Source of the DNA: Phycisphaera mikurensis NBRC 102666 | Lineage (GTDB): Bacteria; Planctomycetota; Phycisphaerae; Phycisphaerales; Phycisphaeraceae | Length of the DNA: 32,000 nucleotides | Direction: 5' to 3' | Assembly: GCF_000284115.1 (NCBI RefSeq) | Contig: NC_017080.1 | Span: 1,230,001-1,262,000 of the forward strand | Shown here: positions 1-8,332 of the stretch, piece by piece | Layout of the letters: every line of letters begins with the position of its first letter | Position numbering within the stretch: position 1 is the stretch's first letter | Notes under the pieces: model-generated | Database searches by the model: none | What the model saw: only the letters and a program-made list of their open reading frames with translations | Told to the model about the DNA's origin: nothing | Program-made: the position numbers and the translations under genes

Positions 1-657
1 GCGTGCTCGGGCTGGCTCTACGCCCTCGACGCCGCCTTCAACACCGTCCGCGACAACCCGCGGTCCGCCGTGCTGGTCGTCACCACCGAGGCGCTGTCCC
101 GCGTCGTCGACCCCAGCGACTTCGACACCGCCATCCTCTTCGGCGACGCCGCGACCGCCACCGTCGTGCGCGGCTCGGCGGTCGCGGATGCCGCGGGGGG
201 AGCCGCCGGCTTGCCCGCCGGCTCGCTGGTCCTCCACAAGCCCGTGCTCTCGGGCAAGGCCGACCCGGGCATGGTGCTCACCGTCGGCTTCGAGGGCGGC
301 GGCCACGTGCAGATGGACGGCAAGCGCGTCTTCGTCGAGGGCGTGCGGGCGATGACCGAGATGGCCCAGCGGGCCTTCACCGCCGCCGGCCGCCCGCTCG
401 AAGACGTCGACTGGCTCGTGCCCCACCAGGCCAACCGCCGCATCTTCGACGCCGTCGCCAAGAAGCTCAACGTGCCGGCCGAGAAGGTGATCGACCAGAT
501 CGCCCACTGCGGCAACACCTCCTCCAGCAGCATCCCCCTCGCCATCGCCCGGGCCCTCCGCGATGGCAGCGCCACACTCGAGCCCGGCCAGACCGTTGGC
601 GCCGTCGCCTTCGGCGGCGGCTTCACCTTCGGGGCGGCGATCCTCGAAGTGGTCTGA
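1..657 (+). CDS. fabH: 3-oxoacyl-ACP synthase III (FabH/KAS III family); 5' end lies outside the window
   Basis: Frame 1 is open from base 1 (ACSGWLYALDAAF, the active-site Cys region). It has the KAS III His/Asn motifs VPHQANRRI and HCGNTSSSSIP and the C-terminus FGGGFTFGAAILEVV. Stop TGA at 655-657. Confidence 0.85.
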   Translation, partial: ACSGWLYALDAAFNTVRDNPRSAVLVVTTEALSRVVDPSDFDTAILFGDAATATVVRGSAVADAAGGAAGLPAGSLVLHKPVLSGKADPGMVLTVGFEGGGHVQMDGKRVFVEGVRAMTEMAQRAFTAAGRPLEDVDWLVPHQANRRIFDAVAKKLNVPAEKVIDQIAHCGNTSSSSIPLAIARALRDGSATLEPGQTVGAVAFGGGFTFGAAILEVV

Positions 658-792
658 GCGTCATCACGAAGCAGATCACGGGGCTCAAGCTTTCTCCGTG
701 TCATCGGGCTTGCCTGATGGGCCCGGCGTCCCCCAAGACAGATCGGGCGGGCCCGATGCCACGGCTTCCAGGATCCGTCCTCGGGGTGCGGG

Positions 793-1434
793 TCAACCGA
801 GGGTTCCGCCTGGATCGTCGGACGCGGCGAGTTCGCAGAAGTGCGCCAACCGCGCCGGCAGGTCCTTGTCGCGGTGGAAGCGTCGAGTCCTGATCAGGCG
901 GAGGAGGTTTTGGACCGTCTCCAGGTCGGAGGCCGTCGCCACGCGGATCAACATCAGGAGGTCGATGCGGTCCTGCAGCCGACGCTCGCTCTCGGAGAGC
1001 AGCTTCAACGCGATGAGGTGCGGGACGCTCGCCGTTGGCACCGCGAGGCCGGGGGCCACCCGCACCGGCGTCGCCGCGTCCACGCACTCCGCTTCGATCC
1101 CGCTGGAAGCGAAGAGGACGTCGACCATCGGCACCAGCCCTTCGTCCACCTGCCCGTCCCGCGGAGTCGGGGGCCGGAGGCGGAGGGTGCTCAAGCGATC
1201 CACCGCCGTCTGCTTCAGGCTGCCTCGGAGCGCGTAGCCGCCGCTGAGGAAGCACCGGGCGACGGCCTCCGCCTCCGCATCGTCGGCCACCGCGATCGCG
1301 AGGTCGACGTCTCGGGTGAAGCGGATGGCCGTTCGGTTCGCCACCGCGATCCCGCCCACCGGGCAGGAACACGCGTCCGCGAGCGTCAGCACCTCGATGG
1401 CGCGTCTCGCACCGGCGTGGAGGCTGGCTTCCAC
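793..1434 (-). CDS. Nucleotidyltransferase-fold protein (pol-beta NTase signature; AbiEii/DUF-type toxin-like)
   Basis: VGGIAVANRTAIRFTRDVDLAI fits hG[GS]-x13-DxD. The C-terminal HLIALKLLSESERRLQDRIDLL helix region resembles NTase toxin families. An alternative GTG start at 1392 would reduce the overlap with the upstream mini-ORF to 7 nt. Confidence 0.55.
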   Translation of the reverse strand: MEASLHAGARRAIEVLTLADACSCPVGGIAVANRTAIRFTRDVDLAIAVADDAEAEAVARCFLSGGYALRGSLKQTAVDRLSTLRLRPPTPRDGQVDEGLVPMVDVLFASSGIEAECVDAATPVRVAPGLAVPTASVPHLIALKLLSESERRLQDRIDLLMLIRVATASDLETVQNLLRLIRTRRFHRDKDLPARLAHFCELAASDDPGGTLG

Positions 1435-1595
1435 GAGGTGGGCCGGAGGAACGGATCACCGGTGTCCAGAGGACGCTCCATCTCCTCCCGGAGCAGCCGC
1501 GTCCGCTCCTGGGCCTCGATCCCGGGGTGCTCCCGATCGATCCGCTCTCTGAGCATCCAGATGCCCGCTTCGAAGGTCTCGAACACGGCGTGCAT
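1386..1595 (-). CDS. Hypothetical 69-aa protein upstream of and overlapping the NTase gene (possible antitoxin-like partner)
   Basis: ATG at 1595. The first ~40 codons are almost all G/C-ending (MHAVFETFEAGIWMLRERIDREHPGIEAQERTRLLREEMERP). The TGA at 1386-1388 overlaps the NTase frame (GTGCTGA). No family recognised. Confidence 0.3.
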   Translation of the reverse strand: MHAVFETFEAGIWMLRERIDREHPGIEAQERTRLLREEMERPLDTGDPFLRPTSWKPASTPVRDAPSRC

Positions 1596-1703
1596 CCGTG
1601 CGGGGAGCTTCGCCGGGTCCTGATCCTGGAAGAGCGGCGGCTGCACGGAACGAGCGTACCCGGCGTTTCTCCCGCACCCCCGGCCGTGCTCTAGCTTGAA
1701 CGC

Positions 1704-2657
1704 ATGCCCGCCGCCAACACCTTCAGCTGCCCGTCCTGCGAGAAGACGTACCGGCTGAAGGAGGGCATGGCGGGGAAGAAGGTCGGCTGCAAGTGCGGCG
1801 AGCGGTTCCGCATCCCCGAGGCGGCCGCGGAGGATGAAGAGGGCGGGCCGCTGGAGCTCTCCGACGGCACGCCCGCCTGGCTGGCCGACGCGGCGCCGGC
1901 CGCGGCCGCCGCGGAGTGCTCGCGCTGCAACGCCCCGCTCAAGCCCAGCGCGGTGCTGTGCCTGAACTGCGGGACCGACCAGCGGACCGGCGCGGCCGCG
2001 GTCGCGCCGCCCGCCGGGTCGGGCTCGATGGACGACGACGGCGACGACGACGCGCCCGCCGCGACGCACCGCCGCATGACCCTCACGCTGTGGGGGATCA
2101 ACGCGCAGATCCTCTCGCTGCTGGCCAAGGGGCTCACGCTGATCCTCGGGATCGTCGCCGTCTTCGCCTCGAATACCCCCGCGATCGAGTGGGCGGCGGT
2201 CGCCGTGGCCCTCGCCGGCGCGGGCCTCGGGGGGCTCGGGGCGGTGCTCTGCCTCTTCTCACCGAGCCCGCTGTGGGGCCGGGTCGTGCTCGCCGCCTCG
2301 CTGGCCTGCTATGCCGCGGGGTTCTGCGTGGAGGTCTGGGCCGAGCTGGGCGGCGCCCACTGGCTCGCCGCGGCGGCCGCCACGCTGCTGGGCGTCGTCG
2401 GCTTGCTGCTGTTCCTGGGCTTCCTGCTCTCGCTCGCCGAACACCTGGACTTCCCGGAGGTGACCGACAACGCCAACAAGGTCTTCGGCACGACGATCGG
2501 CGCGCTGGCGGCCGCCGGCTTCGCGTGGGTGCTCCCGTTTGGCACCTTCCTCGTGATGATCGGCGTGCTTGCGATGATCGTCTACGCGATCTGGATGTAC
2601 GCGACCCTGCTCATCGACCTCTCCCGCTCGGTCGCCTACCGCCGCGACCGCGGGTGA
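1704..2657 (+). CDS. Membrane protein with two N-terminal zinc-ribbon motifs and about 6 TM helices
   Basis: CPSCx13CKCG and CSRCx13CLNCG ribbons, an acidic linker, then long hydrophobic segments. ATG 1704, TGA 2655-2657, and a G/C-ending codon bias. Confidence 0.75.
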   Translation: MPAANTFSCPSCEKTYRLKEGMAGKKVGCKCGERFRIPEAAAEDEEGGPLELSDGTPAWLADAAPAAAAAECSRCNAPLKPSAVLCLNCGTDQRTGAAAVAPPAGSGSMDDDGDDDAPAATHRRMTLTLWGINAQILSLLAKGLTLILGIVAVFASNTPAIEWAAVAVALAGAGLGGLGAVLCLFSPSPLWGRVVLAASLACYAAGFCVEVWAELGGAHWLAAAAATLLGVVGLLLFLGFLLSLAEHLDFPEVTDNANKVFGTTIGALAAAGFAWVLPFGTFLVMIGVLAMIVYAIWMYATLLIDLSRSVAYRRDRG

Positions 2658-2693
2658 CCCGCGTCCCTCGAGGAGCCGGGCGCGTGCGAGTGC

Positions 2694-2785
2694 CCGGGTG
2701 CCACGCCGCTTGCGGGGTGGTCGACCGGCCCGCAAGACGCGCGAGCCTGAGCCCGCTCCCACCCCCCAAGGGGCGTGGCACCCGG
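2694..2785. repeat. Nested inverted repeat in a convergent intergenic region (probable bidirectional terminator or structured element)
   Basis: The outer 14-bp arms 2694-2707 (CCGGGTGCCACGCC) and 2772-2785 are perfectly complementary. An inner 8-bp hairpin pairs 2709-2716 with 2729-2736 around a 12-nt loop. Confidence 0.5.
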
Positions 2786-2830
2786 AAAGGATCCAAAAGG
2801 TGCGTCAGCCGCGCGACACGGGCCGCGGAT

Positions 2831-3919
2831 TCAGCCCGCGACCTTCTCCGCCTGCATCTGGGCCCGCACGCACAGCTCGGCGGCCTTGAGGGCGTGGGCC
2901 TGCGTCATCGCGTTCTCGGTCCGGTCGAGGCAGTCGCGGATCAGCCGGCCGAAGAAGGGGAAGCCCACCTCGCCGGCGAGCTCCATCCGCTGCTCGCCGT
3001 CTCGGTTCGCCAGCAGCAGCACGTCGCCGACGAGGTCGGGCTTGGCGAGGTCCACGTACTTCCGCAGCTCGATCGTGCCCTCGGTGCCGACGATGAAGGT
3101 CCGCCCGTCGCCCCAGGCCCGCAGGCCGGTGGGCGTGAACCAGTCGACGCGGAAGTACATCGTCGCCCCGTTGTCGCCGACGAGCGTGCAGTCGCCGAAG
3201 TCGTCGAGCTCGGGCTGGTCGGGGTGGTTGTAGTTGCCGATCTTGCTCGCCTGGACCCTCGCGTCTTTGCAGCCCGCGTAGTGCAGGAACTGCTCGATCT
3301 GGTGGCTTCCGATGTCGGTGAGGATGCCGCCGTACTTCGCCCGCTGGTAGAACCAGTCCGGCCGCGAGGCCGGGTCGCCGAGGCGGTGCGGGCCGAAGCC
3401 GGTCACGTGGATCACCCGGCCGATCGCGCCCTGCTCGATGAGGGTGCCCGCGTGCATCGCGCACTCCACGTGCAGCCGCTCGGAGAAGTAGACGGCGTAC
3501 TTCTTGCCGGTCCTCTCGACCGCGGCCCTCACCGCGTCGAGCTGCTCGAGCGTGGTCAGCGGCGTCTTGTCGGTGAAGTAGTCCTTGCCCGCCTCCATGC
3601 AGCGGATGCCCAGCGCCGCCCGCTCGCTGGGCACGGCGGCGGCGGCGACGAGTCTCACGGCGGGATCCTCGAGCACCTGCTCCAGCGTGTCGGCGACCCG
3701 GGCCCCGTGCTTCTCCGCCACCGCGCCCGCCTGCTCGGCGTGCTCGGGCTCGGAGAACACCCACCGCAGCGTCGCACCGGCCTCGATCAAGCCGTTGATC
3801 TGGCCGTGGATGTGGCCGTGGTCGAAGGCGACCGCGGCGATGGGGAAGGTCTCGCCGTCGCGGAGGACGGGGTTGGGCTTTCCGGTGGGGGCGTAGGTCG
3901 CGCCGTCGGCTGCGGGCAT
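2831..3919 (-). CDS. Gfo/Idh/MocA-family oxidoreductase
   Basis: By-eye similarity to the family: an N-terminal Rossmann-like half, GKDYFTDKTP at the position of the family EKP motif, and a C-terminal alpha/beta domain. ATG 3919 is preferred over the longer track ORF (to 4168), which would add a Pro/Ala-rich extension. Confidence 0.8.
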   Translation of the reverse strand: MPAADGATYAPTGKPNPVLRDGETFPIAAVAFDHGHIHGQINGLIEAGATLRWVFSEPEHAEQAGAVAEKHGARVADTLEQVLEDPAVRLVAAAAVPSERAALGIRCMEAGKDYFTDKTPLTTLEQLDAVRAAVERTGKKYAVYFSERLHVECAMHAGTLIEQGAIGRVIHVTGFGPHRLGDPASRPDWFYQRAKYGGILTDIGSHQIEQFLHYAGCKDARVQASKIGNYNHPDQPELDDFGDCTLVGDNGATMYFRVDWFTPTGLRAWGDGRTFIVGTEGTIELRKYVDLAKPDLVGDVLLLANRDGEQRMELAGEVGFPFFGRLIRDCLDRTENAMTQAHALKAAELCVRAQMQAEKVAG

Positions 3920-3995
3920 GGGGTTCTCGGTTGGGGAAGGAGGCGGAGAAGGCGAGGGTAAAAGGAGTCGGTGCCGGCGGCCGTAGCGTGGGCCG

Positions 3996-5294
3996 ATGCC
4001 GACCGACCCCCACAGCGAGCGGCACGCGGAGGTGCTGGTGGTCGGCGGCGGGGCGGCGGGGTTGTACGCGGGCGTTTGGGCGGCGCGGGCGGGTGCGAGG
4101 GTCGCGGTGCTGGAGGGCTCGCGTCGGGCGGGGGCCAAGGTGCTCATCGCCGGCGGCGGCCGCTGCAACGTGACCCACGACGTGGTGCGGCCGGCGGACT
4201 ACTGCACCAGCCGGGCGAAGGCGGTCGTCAAGAAGACGCTCGCCCGGCATGGCGTCGCCGACGTGGTGGCCTTCTTCGCCGAGCGGGGCGTGGAGCTCAA
4301 GCGCGAGGAGACGGGCAAGCTGTTCCCGGTCAGCGACAAAGCGCGGAGCGTGCTCGACGCGATGACCTCGGCGCTCGACGACGCGGGGGGGGTGCTGCAC
4401 ACGCGGTCCCGTGTCACCGCGGTCGATCCGCGGACCGCGGGCGGTTTCGACGTCCGGGTGTCGCGGTCCGCGGATCCGGAGCCGGAGGCCTGGACGGCCG
4501 ACCGCGTGGTGTTCTGCCCGGGCGGCAGGGCGCTCCCGGCATCGGGCAGCGACGGCGGCGGGTACGCGATCGCGGAGCGGCTCGGCCACACCGTCACCGC
4601 GACCTGGCCCGCGCTCGTGGCGTGGACCTGCGAGGAGGGCCACTGGCTGCAGGAGCTGCCCGGCGTGGCTCTGCCCGCGGAGGTGCGGGTGACCAACGCG
4701 AACGGCAAGGTGCTCGCGAGGCAGACCGGCGACACGCTGGTGACGCACCGGGGCCTGAGCGGACCGGCGCCCATGGACCTCTCGCGACACATCGAGGCGG
4801 CGCGGCGGAGCGAGCCCGGCGGGCGGCTGCGCGTGCAGATCGGCTTCTGGCCGGGCGCGACCTTCGACGAAGCCGACACCCGGCTGCGGGAGGCCGCGGA
4901 GGCGGAGCCGAGGGCGGCGGTCCGCTCCTTCCTCAAGTGGACGATCCCGCAGCGGCTGGCCGAGGCGCTGCTCGCCGGCCCCGTCGGCGTCGACCCGGGC
5001 ACGCCGCTGGGGCACCTGAAGCGTGAGCACCGGCGGGCGCTCGCTCACCTGCTCGTGGCGACCGAGGTGCCCGTCGACGGCGACCGCGGCTTCGACCACG
5101 CCGAGGCGACCGCCGGCGGTGTGCCGCTGGACGAGGTCGACCCGGCGACCTTCCAGAGCCGCCGCCGCCGGGGGCTCTTCCTCGCCGGCGAGGTGCTCGA
5201 CGTCGACGGCCGGATCGGCGGGTACAACTTCCAGTGGGCGTGGGCGAGCGGCTTCCTCGCGGGCTCGGCGGCGGCGGCCGCCGCCGCGGTCTGA
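3996..5294 (+). CDS. HI0933/YhiN-type FAD-dependent flavoprotein
   Basis: VLVVGGGAAGLYAG dinucleotide-binding motif, LIAGGGRCNVTH, and the C-terminal GEVLDVDGRIGGYNFQWAWASG typical of this family. Confidence 0.85.
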   Translation: MPTDPHSERHAEVLVVGGGAAGLYAGVWAARAGARVAVLEGSRRAGAKVLIAGGGRCNVTHDVVRPADYCTSRAKAVVKKTLARHGVADVVAFFAERGVELKREETGKLFPVSDKARSVLDAMTSALDDAGGVLHTRSRVTAVDPRTAGGFDVRVSRSADPEPEAWTADRVVFCPGGRALPASGSDGGGYAIAERLGHTVTATWPALVAWTCEEGHWLQELPGVALPAEVRVTNANGKVLARQTGDTLVTHRGLSGPAPMDLSRHIEAARRSEPGGRLRVQIGFWPGATFDEADTRLREAAEAEPRAAVRSFLKWTIPQRLAEALLAGPVGVDPGTPLGHLKREHRRALAHLLVATEVPVDGDRGFDHAEATAGGVPLDEVDPATFQSRRRRGLFLAGEVLDVDGRIGGYNFQWAWASGFLAGSAAAAAAAV

Positions 5295-5325
5295 GGCCAT
5301 CTGCCATGCTGGTGCGGTGGCCGAC

Positions 5326-7020
5326 GTGAAGACAAGCAACGCGCGACGCCTCCAATCGTGGACGGCGCACCTCGGGCTGCTCGCCGCAACGGGGGTGCTG
5401 CTGGCGCTGGCGTTCCCGCTGCCGGGGTGGTCGTGGCTGGGCTTCCTCGCGCTGGCGCCGGCCGCGGTGGTCGTCGGCAGGTCGGCGAGCCCGCGTCGGG
5501 TCTGGGTCGCGGGCTTCGTGGTCTTCTCGCTGTGGTTCCTTTGGATGCTGCGGTGGCTGTGGCCGGTGACGGGGCCGGGGGTGCTGGCGCTGGCGCCCTT
5601 CACGGCGGTGTTCCCGGCGACGGCGCTCTGGGCGGCGAACCTCGCGGTGGTGCGGGGGAGGATCCCGGTGGTGCTGGCGCTGCCGGCGTGCTGGGTGGCG
5701 GGGGAGTTCTTGCGGAGCGTGCAGCCCTGGGGCGGGTTCGGGTGGTTCGCGCTGGGGCACACGGCGGGAGCGTTCGGCCCGGACGCAGGGCCAAGCGCTC
5801 ACGCGCTTCTCGCCTCGGTGGCGGGTGCCCCGCTGGTCAGCCTGTTCCTGGCGTACGTCGCGTGCGAGTTCGCGACCGTGGCGACCCGTCGCGGGCGCAT
5901 CGGGCGGGTGCTGCTGCGGTTTTCGGGAGCTGCCGCGTTGCTGCTCACGCTGATCTGGGCCGGGTCGGTGATCCATTCGCTGACCCCGCGGAGCGGAGTC
6001 CAAGTCGCCGCGATCCAGACCAACAACCCCCACAGCAACCGCGTGGCCCCGACCTACGAGGATCTGGCGGCGGAGTTCCGCGGGCTCGCGGGCCTGCACC
6101 GCGACGCGGCGGCGGCCCGGCCGAAGCCGGCGCTGATCCTCTGGCCCGAGACGATCGTGCCCGGGCCGTTCAACCGCGACGCGGACGGGCTGGACCAGAG
6201 CCCCTTCGCCACCGCGGCGCGGGCGCTCATCGAGGAGTGCGGCATCCCCACCGTCGTCGGTGGCGGCTTCTCGCTCCCCGGCGAGGGCACGCCGCGGCAC
6301 AACTCCGCGTACCTGGTGCTGCCCGGCGAGCCGGTGGAGGCGGCGCGTCACGACAAGGTCCACCGCGTGCCCTTCGGCGAGTACATCCCCGGGCCGGGCT
6401 GGCTCAAGGAGCTCGTGCTCCACAGGTTCAGCCCCTACGACTTCGACTACACGCTGACCGAGGGACGGCTCGGCAAGCCCTTCAAGCTTCTGCTGGAGGA
6501 CGGCCGCACGCTCCGCTTCGCCACGCCGATCTGCTTCGAGGACACGAACCCGAGGCTCACGCGGCAGATGGCCGGACGCGGGGCGGAGGCGCTCCTGAAC
6601 CTCACGACGTCCGGCTGGTTCGGGCGGATGCCCGCGGACGGCGACGCCGGCGGCCTCGCCTGGCGCTCCGTCCGCGCCCAGCACCTCCAGATCGCGGGCT
6701 TCCGCTCCATCGAGACCGGCCTGCCGACGCTCCGCGCCGTCAACACCGGCGACTCCGCCCTCGTGACCGGCGCGGGTTTCGTCCGCGGGACGCTCCCGCC
6801 CGGCGAGCCCGGCGTCCTCCACGCCGAGCTGCCCCTTCCCGCCGCGGGCGAGGCGGAGCGAACCCTCTACGTCCGCGGCGGGTACCTCTTCGCGCCGGCC
6901 CTCGCGTGCCTCGCGACGCTCTTCCTGCTGGCCGGGCTGTTTCGGGCGAAGGAGGAGGACCCGATCTTGCGGACCGCGAGCCCGTCGGGCGGCAGGCCCG
7001 CCGGCGGGGAGGAGGGTTGA
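5326..7020 (+). CDS. lnt: Apolipoprotein N-acyltransferase
   Basis: A polytopic N-terminal half followed by a CN-hydrolase domain (LILWPETIVP, RHNSAYLV, HDKVHRVPFGEYIP, ATPICFEDT). GTG 5326 (or 5317) lies just after the upstream stop. The track start at 5023 would overlap the preceding gene. Confidence 0.85.
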   Translation: MKTSNARRLQSWTAHLGLLAATGVLLALAFPLPGWSWLGFLALAPAAVVVGRSASPRRVWVAGFVVFSLWFLWMLRWLWPVTGPGVLALAPFTAVFPATALWAANLAVVRGRIPVVLALPACWVAGEFLRSVQPWGGFGWFALGHTAGAFGPDAGPSAHALLASVAGAPLVSLFLAYVACEFATVATRRGRIGRVLLRFSGAAALLLTLIWAGSVIHSLTPRSGVQVAAIQTNNPHSNRVAPTYEDLAAEFRGLAGLHRDAAAARPKPALILWPETIVPGPFNRDADGLDQSPFATAARALIEECGIPTVVGGGFSLPGEGTPRHNSAYLVLPGEPVEAARHDKVHRVPFGEYIPGPGWLKELVLHRFSPYDFDYTLTEGRLGKPFKLLLEDGRTLRFATPICFEDTNPRLTRQMAGRGAEALLNLTTSGWFGRMPADGDAGGLAWRSVRAQHLQIAGFRSIETGLPTLRAVNTGDSALVTGAGFVRGTLPPGEPGVLHAELPLPAAGEAERTLYVRGGYLFAPALACLATLFLLAGLFRAKEEDPILRTASPSGGRPAGGEEG

Positions 7021-7021
7021 C

Positions 7022-7050
7022 GAGAGGCGGGACCTCTCTGCCCGTTTCTC
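7022..7050 (+). terminator. Possible intrinsic terminator after lnt
   Basis: GAGAGG-cggga-CCTCTC hairpin (7022-7038) starting 2 nt after the stop, followed by tgcccgTTTCTcc. The stem is short and the T-tract weak. Confidence 0.3.
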
Positions 7051-7125
7051 CGAGCCGCGGCTCCGCCCCGTCGGAACGCCGCATGCCGGGGCGAGAACCC
7101 GCCCCTGACCGATACGAGCCGCTTC

Positions 7126-8190
7126 ATGCTTCACGCCCGCCTCCTCCTCGCCGCCGCGCTCTGCCTCGTTCCCGCGTCCGTGGCCCCCGCGCCCGCCGCG
7201 GCGCAGCAACCCGAGGCGGCGGCGACCGCCCCCGCCGACCCCGACGCCGCGGCCGTCGCGGTGATCCTCCGGGCCTCCCGCAGCGACCGCGCCGAGCTGA
7301 GGGCGAACGCGGTGGAGGCGATCCAGCACGCGCCCGACCGGGCGCTGCCGCTGGTCCAGGCCGCGCTGGAGGACGAGAACGCGGGCGTCCGCTTCGCGGC
7401 GCTCTACGTGGTGGGGCGGCAGAAGATGGACGATCTCGGCCCCGCCGTGGAGCGCAAGCTCGCCGCCGGCGACGAACCCAACCCCAGCGTGCGGGCGGCG
7501 GTCGTCTTCGCGGCGGCGCAGCTGGGGCTGGCCGACGACGCGACGCTCTCGCGGATGGCCCGCTACCTGTTCCACGACGACCCGCGGGTGCGGGCCAACG
7601 CGGTGCTGCTGATGGGCGAGATGAAGCAGCCGGGGGCGGCGACGATGCTCCGCCACGCGTCCGCGAAGCCCGCCGGGGATCGGCACCCGCAGATCGAGTG
7701 GGCGCTCCTGCGGCTGCAGGTGGCCGAGGCGCTGGCCAAGGGGGGCGACGCTCCGCCGGATCCCACCTCCGTCGCGCCCGAGCTGACGGGCGACAGCGCC
7801 GGCGCTGGGATCCGCGCGGTGCGGGCGGCGGCGTACTCCACCTTCGACGAGGTCCGCGTCCTCGCGGTGCAGGCGCTCGGGCGGCTCGGCGACGAGGCCT
7901 TCTGGGGCAACCTCAACAACTTCCTCAACCCCGACGACGCCCAGCCCGTCGAGTTCAAGCTCGCCGCCGCCCGCAGCCTCGCCGACCTGGGGCGCGGCGA
8001 CCGCGGGCTCTTCGTCGCCCTCCCCGCCGCCGAGCACGAGCTCCCGACGGTGCGGGCCCAGGCGGCCTTCGCGCTGGGCGCGATGGACGCCGCGGAGGCG
8101 CGCTCCGCGCTGGCGGGCCTGCTGTCGGACCCCGCCGAGCCCGTGCGGCTGGCGGCCGCGGCGGCCTGGCTGGAGCGGTCGGGGTCCTGA
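7126..8190 (+). CDS. Secreted HEAT-repeat (PBS-lyase HEAT-like) protein
   Basis: Signal-peptide-like N-terminus (LLLAAALCLVPASVAPA) and repeated ...VR..A..ALG... HEAT-like units. Confidence 0.75.
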   Translation: MLHARLLLAAALCLVPASVAPAPAAAQQPEAAATAPADPDAAAVAVILRASRSDRAELRANAVEAIQHAPDRALPLVQAALEDENAGVRFAALYVVGRQKMDDLGPAVERKLAAGDEPNPSVRAAVVFAAAQLGLADDATLSRMARYLFHDDPRVRANAVLLMGEMKQPGAATMLRHASAKPAGDRHPQIEWALLRLQVAEALAKGGDAPPDPTSVAPELTGDSAGAGIRAVRAAAYSTFDEVRVLAVQALGRLGDEAFWGNLNNFLNPDDAQPVEFKLAAARSLADLGRGDRGLFVALPAAEHELPTVRAQAAFALGAMDAAEARSALAGLLSDPAEPVRLAAAAAWLERSGS

Positions 8191-8332
8191 CGCCCCGGCC
8201 GCCCGCCGCCCGGACGCGTCGCCGATCCCCGATTAGACTCCCTCCCGATCCCTTCGGGTCACCCCCTCGCCGGCGTGGATCCACGTCCCTCCCGGCCCGA
8301 CGCCCCCCGCCTCCATCGACCCAAGCCTCGCC

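Noticed and set aside
3-893. Alternative ORFs overlapping the fabH-like gene (3-893 +, 18-704 -).
   Set aside because: Frame 1 carries the KAS III catalytic motifs, whereas these frames give Arg/Pro-rich nonsense.
2776-2795. TGGCAC in the repeated 13-mer (also at 27657) as a sigma54 -24 element.
   Set aside because: No TTGC(A/T) -12 element lies at the required 5-nt spacing in either copy, and both copies sit between convergent gene ends.
2805-5762. A very long ORF (985 aa). Similar giants occur at 4933-8037 (-), 5358-8336 (+), 11324-14281 (-), 14328-16016 (+), 18165-21821 (+) and 1916-3961 (+).
   Set aside because: They are Arg/Pro/Gly/Ala-dominated, low-complexity translations lying antisense to or out of frame with genes that have clear family motifs. 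This is the usual high-GC artefact (few stop codons), and I recognised no domain in any of them.
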